Assembly (NCBI GenBank): GCA_045837725.1
Contig: JBEWZL010000263.1
Span: 186,001-250,000 of the forward strand
Direction of reading: 5' to 3'
Length of the DNA: 64,000 nucleotides
From: Vermamoeba vermiformis
Taxonomy: Eukaryota
Below are positions 51,582-62,076 of this stretch, piece by piece. A model generated the notes under the pieces. It was not told where the DNA came from. It saw only the letters and a list, made by a program, of their open reading frames with translations, and did not search any database. Each line of letters starts with the position of its first letter. Position 1 is the stretch's first letter. The translations under genes and the position numbers were made by a program.

Positions 51582-54500
51582 ATGAGTGGACGAGGCTATA
51601 CTGACGAAGAAGCAAAAGGTAAGATGTCAAAATTTTAATCGCGAATCTGATTCTTGAAAACGAAGGGCTGCTGAATGGAGAAGGTCCTAAAAGCCGGCGA
51701 ATGAGCTTTGGAGCGAAGGCAAGTTGATGACAAGCCTATTGCAAAGTTAAATAACGAGATTTTCAGATCGCGATCGCCGTTGCAATTGTCGCGGTTGTTG
51801 CAGGAGCGACAGTTGGTATTGTCTTTTGGGCTAAAAGTGATCGTCCTGATTTTCAGCAAATGATGTTCGATGCTATTGATCCAAACGGCATCAAAAGTAC
51901 GATGAAAGAACTTAGTTCTTACCCGCATATTGCTGGATCTCCTGAAAACTATCAAGCTGCAGAATGGGTCAAAAATAAGTACGACAATAATAGTCCATAT
52001 ATCTGTTGTCTAATTATCGACTAGATTCATCGAACATGGCATCCCAGAAGTCTGGATCGAGTCTTATCCAGTATTACTCAATTATCCGCTTGACCGTGTT
52101 GTTAATTTAGTCGGCGGTGCTTCTCAGAACTATTCATGCGTCATGGAAGAGAAAGTAAGCCTTTATTATTTAATTTCCGAACTTATTTCAAAAATACACT
52201 GCCTAATTTGGAAATCATTATTAATGGTGGCACTTATAGTCATATCAAAGCATTGATGGCACGTCAGGAGATCCGCGAGCAGTTCCGCCGTTCAGTGGCT
52301 ATTCTGCTTCGGGTGATGTCACTGCTGAGCTCGTATTTGCTAATTATGGACGTATTGAAGACTACCTTTATCTCGATAAGAACAATATTCCAATTAAGTA
52401 CGCAAATTAATATTTTTTCTGTTGGATCTGACTAATTTCTGATGTTTAGGGACAAAATTGTTATTGTCCGTTATGACAAGATTTTCCGCGGCGACAAAGT
52501 GCACATGGCCGAGCAGCGAGGAGCAGCAGGCGTATTGATCTATCACGACCCAGCTGATGACGTACACGGCACGGTCTATCCTTACGGTCCGTGGCGTGCT
52601 CCGACGAGTGTGCAGCGCGGCACAGTGTGGATCGGCAATGGTGATCCGACCACGCCCGGCTACCCTTCAACACCGTACAGCCCGCGCTTGAACTTGAATC
52701 AGACCCGCGACGCTGCATTGAACCTGTGAGTGATGGGAAGTCACTAGTATTCATTCACTAACCTCGCTTTAGGAACACTCCGCTGCCTTCAATTCCTGTT
52801 CAGCCACTCGGATACGCCGATGCAGAGCCACTGTTGCGAGGTAAGCGAGACAGTATGACGTACGAAGCCATACCTAATACCTCGAAACAACAGCCATTGG
52901 TGGCCATGCTATTCCGTCTGCGGACTGGCAAGGAGGTCTCAACTTCACTTATCACATTGGGCCTGGCCCCGCCATAGTACACATGAAGTAAGAATGATAT
53001 TAGTATCATTGCACGTGTTTATTATAACATCTATTCAATAGACTCGAAATGAACTTCACGATTGTCAACATCCACAACGTGTTCGCAAAAATTCCTGGTG
53101 AAATCGAGCCCGATCGTATGGTCCTCGCTGGAAGTCACAGAGATGCGTGGGTAAGTTAGTAGCAGTCTGTGTTAATATCGCTAATATCTCCAGACATTCG
53201 GAGCTACGGATCCGATCAGCGGAACTTCGAACATGCTCGAAGCAGCCAAGGGCCTTGGCAAGATTTACGCGAATGGTAATGCATTGTATTCTCTAAGTAT
53301 AATCATTGGATATTGACGAGCTAGTACAGGCTGGAGGCCTCGTCGTTCAATTGTGATGTGTTCGTGGGACGGCGAAGAGTACGGTCTAATTGGCTCGGTT
53401 GAATTCACTGACTTGCACTTCAAAGAGCTCACTGAACGAGCGGTCATCTACATGAACATGGACCCCGGCGTAAGTAATCAAGTCGATTTGACGGTTGAGT
53501 TGACACGTGTCAAATGTAGGTCTACGGCATCGACTTCTTCGGTGCTTCAGGCACACCCAACCTCCGTCAAATGATGGTTGAAGTGACGAAACAGGTGCCG
53601 GGGCCTAGTGCGAGCAATGCACCAACGACAGTGTTTGATTTGTGGAGCAAGGGAGGCAATGACTCCCGCACCAACTTGCCTACTTTCGGCACATTGGGCG
53701 CTGGTTCTGATTACGGTGGCTTCTTACAGGTACTTTTGATTTATTATTGGCCATCACTTCGGCATGACTTCTGACATCATTGACAGCGCGTCGGAGTTCC
53801 TAGTTTGGACATTAGTTTCCAAAGTTTTGATGGCGCGTACATTGCTGGCGCGTATCACTCCAACTACGACAGCTTTTACTACTTCAATCAGTGGCTCGAT
53901 TCCAAGTACGAATACTCAGCCAGTCTGACCAAAGTGTTCGGACTCGTCCTCAAAACTTACAGCGGTAAGTCCACTTATTTTTGCCTTACATTCGCGAAAC
54001 TTACTCTTTCATTTAGAATCTGTCGTACTGCCGTTTAACTACGGAGATTACGCAGGAGATTTAACTGCGTTTGTTGCTCAACTCGAACAAGGGGCACAGC
54101 AGACTTTCAACAAAACTTACGAAGAGTTCCAAATCATCAAGAGCGCTGTAAGTTGGAGCACAAGTTTGAGGACTATATTCATATGATCTTATATTAGGTT
54201 TATCGCTTTGCGAATTGCACGCAACAAGTTCAAAATGACATCAATAAGTACTCCGCATTGGCGAAGGATGACAAGGAATATGCGTTGCAAATCAGACAAT
54301 TGAATGATCGATTAATGCTCACTGAGCGTGCTTTCATCGATTACAATGGCTTGCCTGGTGCTCCGTTCTTCAGACACGTGGTTTATGGTACAAAATTTTA
54401 TCAATTTTATTCGCTTACTTTGAGCTAATGCACAGTTATTCAATAGCGCCAAGCAAGTATAATGAGTATTATGGCCAAGCCTTCCCGGCAATCTCAGACT

Positions 54501-54598
54501 CTATCTACGTTCGAAATGAAACAGCGATGCTTTGGGCCGTGCGATACAATTCATTGTTTGTTGATGGCGCAACAGCATTTTTATGTCCAAAATTTTGA
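51582..54598 (+). CDS. Glutamate carboxypeptidase II / NAALADase-like M28 peptidase (type II membrane, PA domain)
   Basis: N-terminal TM; HIAGS, RYDKIFRGDKV, VQRG, GDPTTPGYPS, GSHRDAW, GATDPISG, SWDGEEYGLIGS, GAGSDY, YHSNYD and NDRLMLTERAF. Confidence 0.93.
53805..53858 (+). repeat. 54-bp exact inverted repeat, copy A (inside a GCPII exon)
   Basis: TTGGACATTAGTTTCCAAAGTTTTGATGGCGCGTACATTGCTGGCGCGTATCAC is the exact reverse complement of 61971-62024. Confidence 0.95.
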
Positions 54599-55090
54599 GC
54601 TTAATGTTCTAATAAAATCCATTTAGATGCTTAAAGCGAAGGTGCAGCAAGAACTATTGTTACATAAATGGGACTTGATGTAGGGTCAAATCAACGAAGG
54701 AAAATTCCTTTATAAAAATAAAAAGAGTTGCTATATTTAGAAATCAAAGAAAAAGGCATGTACATTCGGAAAACCCGAACGTACGCAATTACGGTACGAC
54801 AATACAACAGCAGTTGAGTTCATACATAGTGTTCGGTATGTTACCAACGTAAAACGAAGCAAAATTAAATTTACGAGAATTCAGATCGTAGAAAAGCTTT
54901 TAAAGAACTCTTTAAACTCTATCGTTTTAAGCTGAAATTACCTTAAATATTTTAATCAGAGGTTTAAAATTTAGAGCATTGAACGAACAAAAGTGTACTA
55001 AAACCAAGTACAAATACTGAAAACAATTTAGGGATAATTTTTAAAATATTAATCTACCATATTAATAAGTAGTATTTTAGAGTACCAGTA

Positions 55091-55705
55091 ATGGGCCAAG
55101 AGAATAAACGGCAACCGAAATCCGATTGCGTCGGCAACGTTTTAGCTAAAATTAGTACTGTGGTTATTCCTATTCTGATTGTCGGTCACGACAAGGTGGG
55201 CAAGACCTCATTAATTAGGAGATTCGTGTTTGGCGACAATTTGGAAGAATCTAATGCAGATGCGGATGCATCCACTAATGGTCTCCGAAAAAGAATAGCA
55301 GTCGACAACACTCCTCAAACACTGGAGTTATTCGATGAAGTAGGTGGACATAATTACGACGTAGAGGCACTTCATACAGCCATCAAGAACGTAGAAGCCT
55401 TTGTGATCGTGTACGAAGTGGATTCGCCGCTCAGTTTTGAAAAAGTGCAAGAGAAATACAACCTTATTGAGAGCGTTACTGAAGGCACTTCAGCGCCTAT
55501 AGTCATTGCAGCCAACAAAGCCGACACGGACAAATTCCATTGGAAGGTCAGTACCGAGCAAGGTAAAAGCTTAGCGGATCGGATGGCGCACGGCGAATAC
55601 ATCGAAGTGAGTGCCAAGAGCGGGCATAATGTCAACAAGTTGTTTGAACGCGTTGGAGAGCTCGCTGTAATTAAGAGAAGACCGCCGCCGCCTCTGAAGA
55701 ATTAG
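55091..55705 (+). CDS. Atypical Ras-family small GTPase (intronless, no CaaX)
   Basis: GHDKVGKTS (G1), LFDEVGG (altered G3), NKAD (G4) and EVSAK (G5). N-terminus MGQ. Confidence 0.88.
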   Translation: MGQENKRQPKSDCVGNVLAKISTVVIPILIVGHDKVGKTSLIRRFVFGDNLEESNADADASTNGLRKRIAVDNTPQTLELFDEVGGHNYDVEALHTAIKNVEAFVIVYEVDSPLSFEKVQEKYNLIESVTEGTSAPIVIAANKADTDKFHWKVSTEQGKSLADRMAHGEYIEVSAKSGHNVNKLFERVGELAVIKRRPPPPLKN

Positions 55706-56053
55706 AACGAGCGAAGAAGATGCTCTGTTGCTGTTAATAATATTGTATATAGGATTTTCATCGATTTTGTAAGATGTACAACAACATTGAATAGTTTTAA
55801 AACAATAATTTTGATGCCAGATCAAGCTCGCTACAAATGGCGCGGTGGTTTCCAGCATTGAAATCGATTAAAACAAAAATTAAACGATCTGTTATCATTA
55901 ACGATATTTTATTCGCGAATAAAAGGGTGGTTATTTACAGGGTAAACGGGATTTGGGTTGATAAATTAGATTTGCGCCGATTGTCTATTAAAATTATGAC
56001 GATTATCGTAATAATTTTGTTATTGTATTGTGGTTCGGCATATTCGTATGTAC

Positions 56054-56674
56054 TTAATCGTTCTTGATAATACCACTGTTGTGGATTTCAAGAGGAGGAT
56101 ATCCAAACAAAGTGCGAATCTTGTTATTAACAATAGCAAAAGGTCCGTGACCAGCATAAGTAGCATATCCTAACAGCATAGCAACGGTAGCAGCTTGACC
56201 GTAAACTCTGAAAGCCATACCTAAGCGAAGAGGGATTAATAAATTGGATCACAGTGAGTTCATTTGAAATATTCCGGATAAAAATATGACAGTAATTGCA
56301 TCGTGCGCCTAATAGAAATAATGGTAATAATATTGCTGTAGAAATTAATTTAAGCACGGGATCTAGAATTGAAAAATTTTGTGACACGGCAATTACCTCG
56401 CGCGCTTTGTTGCTTGTTGCCAGACATCATAGAAAACATTCCGTAGCCGAGGACACCAGCAGTAGCAGCCATACCTATTTTAATTAATTTGTCAGAATAA
56501 ATCCAAGCCGAGTGGAAATATTTCATTTCGGGATGTGCTTCTCAATGCCGCGGCATACTTACCAATGCCGACGAATGGTGTTCGCTTAAGAGTGTCCGAG
56601 ACACTGTGGGTTTGAACTTCGGCGCGGTCGCCGTATTCGCGCTGAGGAGTAAGAATACCGCTGTTTTTGCTCAT
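56054..56674 (-). CDS. HIG1-domain mitochondrial membrane protein (HIGD2/Rcf1-like)
   Basis: Three exons splice to LKRTPFVGIGMAATAGVLGYGMFSMMSGNKQQSARGMAFRVYGQAATVAML, matching the HIG1 pattern. Stop at 56054-56056. Confidence 0.85.
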
Positions 56675-57111
56675 GATTAGATGTGGTTTTTGTTTCGTAA
56701 GAAATTGACGTGTGGTGTCGTCTTCTTTTGTTTGGTGAATATTTGGCCCAAAAATTTGCTTAAATATCCGTTTTTTTGAAGCGCCGCTCGGAAAATCAGC
56801 TGACTATTCATGAAAAAAATGGCAAGTCACACCGACCGGAGATTCGATTGCAATTGTTATTCGTGAGTTAAGAAGACCACTGTTTGATGATCTGATGTTC
56901 GTAGAGCAATTTCAATGTCTTGTTCGTGCCGTGGGTTCTCTGGTTAGATTTGACCTTTTTCAAACTCCGTGAATGACAGCTAACTCCGTAAATTGGTTCT
57001 GCAAGCCCGTTGAAATATTTGCTGTAGGATAAAGGAGTCAATTGTTGAATATTAGCGCTGCCGGATTAATGCGGCCTCGAAAAGTTCGTTCTTCTTTTTT
57101 GTTTTTCTGTT

Positions 57112-58799
57112 ATGCTCCGATCAACAGTCTCGCGTCGCTTTCTTAGCCTTACGAGTACATTAAGCACCACAAATAAGGCAGCTTCACCTCTTTTACTTAC
57201 ACTACAGCGCAGATCGATCTCAAACTCGAAGATGAGCACTACAATTGCTGAAGTTAAGCCAGGCACGACCAGAATTGGTTGGATTGGTACTGGTGTAATG
57301 GGTACATCAATGGTTGGTCATATGTAAGCTAAACCAACCCGGATCATGCATTTTTAATTAATTGATATTTTTGTCAAAAATATTAATTCATTTACCGAGA
57401 ATATTCAGCTAGACCGTTATTTAAATATTTGAATAAATTATGAGATCATTCTGGTTTAAAGGATCCTTTATTTACCTTCAGAAATTTCGAATCATATTTC
57501 TTGGGTGCTTTAATATATTATTGTATGCATACCATATCATTATTTTTTGTTAGTATGAAAGCTGGTTACTCTGCCACTGTCTTCAATCGCACTGCATCCA
57601 AGGCTCAAGCTCTGGTCGAGAAAGGTGCTAAAATAGGCTCATCACCAAAGTAAGTACTGCGATTCTTAATATAATATTTGCACGTGCTATTTATCAATTA
57701 TCTATCAATTAGCATAATTTAATGCTCAATTTCTTGTAGAGAAGTCGCTGAGCAATCAGATATCGTGTTTACTATTGTTGGCTACCCTAAAGACGTCGAA
57801 GAAGGTAAATAATACACACAGCAGTATATTAATTGATACACTATTCAAAGTGTTAATATGTGAAATTGATACGTTATTTTTTTTGTTGTTGGATCGGATC
57901 TTTTGAACAATAAGAAAAGTGACTAACATTTACTTCATATGAACAGTCATCTTAGGCACTGACGGAGTGTTGGCTGGTCTCAAGCCAGGCGGTATTGTGG
58001 TGGATATGACCACTTCTAAGCCTAGTCTTGCGCAACAGATCTCGCAAGCCGCACTTGCGAAGGGCTGTCATGCAGTCGATGCCCCAGTCTCTGGCGGCGA
58101 TATTGGCGCTCGTGAAGCTCGATTATCGATCATGGTCGGCGGCGAGGAGAACGTCGTACAAGCCATTGAGCCTTTGTTCAAATGCATGGGCACGAACATT
58201 AAGTACATGGGTCCTGCTGGTACGTCAAAAATTTTACCGATGTGTTACCTTTTATTTCTCATTTAAAACCTACTACGGCTCATGCTAGTGTATTATATGC
58301 CTGACATGGTATTATATAGGTGCTGGCCAGAACACTAAGATGGTCAATCAAATTTTGATCAGCACGATGATGGTCGGTCTCGTTGAAGGTCTTATTTACG
58401 GTTACAAGGCTGGTTTGGACTTGAATCAAGTCTTGGCGGCTGTTAGTGCCGGTGCTGCGGGCAGTTGGTCCTTGAACAATTATACTCCCAGAATTTTCAA
58501 GCGTAACTTCGTAAGTGAAAATTATTTGTTCAGATCCCGCTTTTGACGCAATATTAATTCTTGGAATTAAATAGGACCCTGGTTTCTTCGTCGAACATTT
58601 CATCAAGGATTTGGAGATTGCCATGAGCGAGGCACAACGCATGGACTTGAAGTTGCCAGGCCTCGAATTGGCCCTCAAGTTGTACAACGAGTTGAAGGCC
58701 CTCGGTCACGGCAAGAAAGGCACTCACGCGCTGATGTTGGTGCTCGAGAAGATGAACAACGTGGAGGTCAATGTGCCTCAGCCCGCTGAAGCGAAATAA
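57112..58799 (+). CDS. 3-hydroxyisobutyrate dehydrogenase-like (beta-hydroxyacid dehydrogenase), mitochondrial
   Basis: R/S/L-rich transit peptide; [39 protein letters not shown] and [12 protein letters not shown]. Confidence 0.92.
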
Positions 58800-58995
58800 A
58801 CAAGCTTATCCTCTTTGCCACAATCATATTGGCCATTTATTGCCGTTGAGCGCACTACCTTCAACTTACTTTATTTTTGTTGTCGCGTGTAACGGTGGCG
58901 TGGGTGTTTCCAAACATGGTGAAACTGCCCGCTTTACAGGGTTTTTTAATGAAACATGCCCGCTTTACAGGTTCTAAATTTAACCTTACTTCACA

Positions 58996-61807
58996 ATGGA
59001 CCACAATATTGTCGTCCTAGTACTTTTGTTATTCAATCCAGCACTTGGGTTACGATCAATAAATTTAACTCCAGGTTGGCCGTACCAAAGCACGGCTCTT
59101 TCGGGATCGGCAGCCCAAGCTTTCTCAAACTTAACCGAAATAATTGTGGAGGCTCGAATTCATGACTTTGACACCTCTCAATCGAGTATGGCAATTTGCT
59201 TATATTTTTGGGACTAAAACAAAATTTTCAGGTTACAAGTGGATCTTCAACGCGGCTGGGCTGTCCTTACGAACTTACGAGGCTGGATTTTATTTCTACA
59301 ACGACCGCGACGTATTTGACGGACCAACCGGACAAATTATAGATGTAACAGGAAGAACGGATGTTCTAGTTCGTTTTGGCCGTGGAGCAGATTCGGTTTA
59401 TTTTGCCGAACTGTGGAACGTAGATGGTAGTGATTATAGATACGCTGGTTTTAAGGTCAAAACTCTCGTGCCAGATTGGAGTAGTGGGAAGATCGAGCTC
59501 AGCAATGTCCCAACTACTGCCAAAATAGCGTGGATGAGAATCTACTCGAAAGTCACGACCGGACAGAGTTTCCCGCCCTCGCCGATCCCCAGAGATAATT
59601 TGCTGGCTAACTACAATTTTGAAGATAATGGCAACGATTCAGGGCCTCATGGAATCGATTTTGCATTCGATGGATCTGCTACATTTTCAGACACCCCAAC
59701 TTACAATCCCGTAGCCAGTCTGCTACGTGTCGGTTCACCTACTTGGACCTCGCAGCTCTCTGTGCGAGCCAACGTCGATTTTGAAATAGATGGATCGTTC
59801 AGCTATCCTCTTGGCAACGAAGAGCCACTCACGTACAGCTGGGAGCTGCGCAGTCAGCCAGGCTCTAGCGCCATTCAATCCCCTAACGCAGCTAAAATTT
59901 CCTTTTCTGGAACTGAGTTTGGATCTTACGTTTTCAAATTGACCGTTACAGAGACAGGCACAGGTGCCTCTAGTTCGGCCGAGATTGCCATCGGAGTTGT
60001 TCCGACGGACATCAACGGCGTCGTGCAGCACGATGATCCGTTACTAGCAACAGTGTTTGGTCCGTTGATTCTGTGGGGAGAGTCGCCGTGGCCGTTTTTG
60101 GACGAGCGAAATTACGCGCTGCTCGAGTACTTTATTGAGACACTTCATTCCGCACCGGAGTTTGACAGTCTCGACTGGTCGCAAGCACTCAGCGGAACAA
60201 TTTCTGTCACGAAAGACTCCACGACGGTGACCGGCACTGGCACGGATTTTCAGAACGATTTCTGTGACGGCGGTACAACGGGGACTCGTTCGCTGGTCAT
60301 CTGGTACCAAGACAACAACGAGATTGGCCGCAGACACTACGATGTGGTCTCTTGTCAAAGTGCGACCCAATTGACACTCTATCAAGCCTATTCTACGACA
60401 GACAGCGCGTCAGGCATTCAACACTCACGACTGTGGTGTCCTGCGTGCTGGCTCGGCGGCAGTTCAAACATCAACTACTACGACAATGTGCTGGCGTTGT
60501 ATTCATTCTACTACCGAACTGGCCTCCAGAAGTACCTAGACGAAGCACGCAGGTTGGCAGATCTCTGGGTCAAAGCACCAACACTGGACGAAGGACGAAT
60601 CTGGACCACTGGCCTAGACGTAGGTCCCAAGCGTGGTCCACCACGTTTACAGGCCTTGCTAGGAGTTATGTGGTCCGCTTACGAGCAAAAATCAGACTAC
60701 CTATGGACCGTCGTAGGCAGAATTCTGACCATCTCAGAGCCGCAAAGTTACGTCGGCGATGTTCGTGAAGACGCCTACACACTGGGCTTCATGTCCGTCG
60801 CTTCCATGCTCCACCCTGATGCGAGCACGCGGCAACAATACAAGGACAGTGTCAACGCAACTTTGCACATTAAGTGGTTGCCTACGAGGGACGCGACGTA
60901 CAAGACTTGGCCGGTGTTGTACTATGGAATTTCGCCTTGGAACGGGTACACGGGCACGGTGGCAGTGACGCAGGGCTCCACTCAAGTGATTGGCACGGGC
61001 ACGGCATGGACCGCTGACATGACACAGAACTTCTTTTGGGTCGCTGATGTCAACGGTGCCAATGGGGATTCTGAGGCGTACCTCAACCCAACTTTTGTAT
61101 CTCCCACCGAGATCACACTGCCCCGCCCTTACGAGGGACAAACAGCGACTGGTCGTGGCTGGCAGTTCAACAACGTTGTGGGCAGAGCAGTGCAACCTTT
61201 TCAGCTGGGCATTGCAGCGCAAATGTTCTACTACGCGTATCGAGCTACTGATTCAGCACTGGCGAGCGAGTTGATGTTCAACGCCATCGACTTTATCATG
61301 GACTACGGCATTCAAGAGTCAATGCGCGCACTCTACTACGCACGTCTGTCACCTTCCTGCGAACCAATCACAGATAACATGCCTGGATGTGCGGGCAGTC
61401 CTTCTGACTCGCTGCAAGTGGCCAACGCCCGATTTCTGAACGGAGAAGTCATCGCGGCGTTCTCGCGCGCATACACCGTCAATCCGACCCAAAAGATTTT
61501 AAGAGAGGGAGACAATCTAGTGTCAGCAGCGCTGGGCCATCTCGGCGGTCCTGGCGCCGATGACAACTACGCCCTGGAGCTGCAAGAGTTCATTATCGCC
61601 AAGTCGTTCAAGTTCAAAGACATTGGATTCTTCTTCGGAGTGGGTGGTTCAGCCACGTGGCCTGCTGCGCGCTTGGGACCTTCGCCACCCAGCTCGCCTA
61701 ATTCTCCGTCAGCGACCACGACTCCCAAATCAGTGTCAGATGCGTCTGGTCTGTACGCGAATGTTGCTAGCTTTATTATGATAGGATTGTTAGTTTGTGT
61801 AATGTAA
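58996..61807 (+). CDS. Large secreted/GPI-tailed protein: LamG-like and PKD-like domains plus an (alpha/alpha)-toroid-like region with two GTxxVTxxSTxVxGTGT inserts
   Basis: Signal exon 58996-59185, intron 59186-59231, then a single 2.6-kb exon. PKD-like DGSFSYP..LTYSW...GSYVFKLTVT; YYDNVLALYSFYYRTG; QPFQLGI; Pro/Ser stalk and hydrophobic tail. Confidence 0.8.
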
Positions 61808-61970
61808 TGTTTGTTTTTCTATTTTAATTGTGTGTGAATAATGCTATAGCATTTCTGCAAAACGAAATAAAAGAGAAGACAACAAGTGGTTTGACGGTAC
61901 TCTCTGTACGACAGAATCTTAATTTATTGCCCGCTTACTATTCGGCTTGTTCAAGCGGAGTTAAACTGTC

Positions 61971-62024
61971 GTGATACGCGCCAGCAATGTACGCGCCATC
62001 AAAACTTTGGAAACTAATGTCCAA
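61971..62024 (-). repeat. 54-bp exact inverted repeat, copy B
   Basis: Reverse complement of 53805-53858 with no mismatch. The first flanking base differs on both sides. Confidence 0.95.
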
Positions 62025-62076
62025 GATGGATCCGTTGTTTTCACATTTCGACAACAGGACTCCAATGCGAACTATA

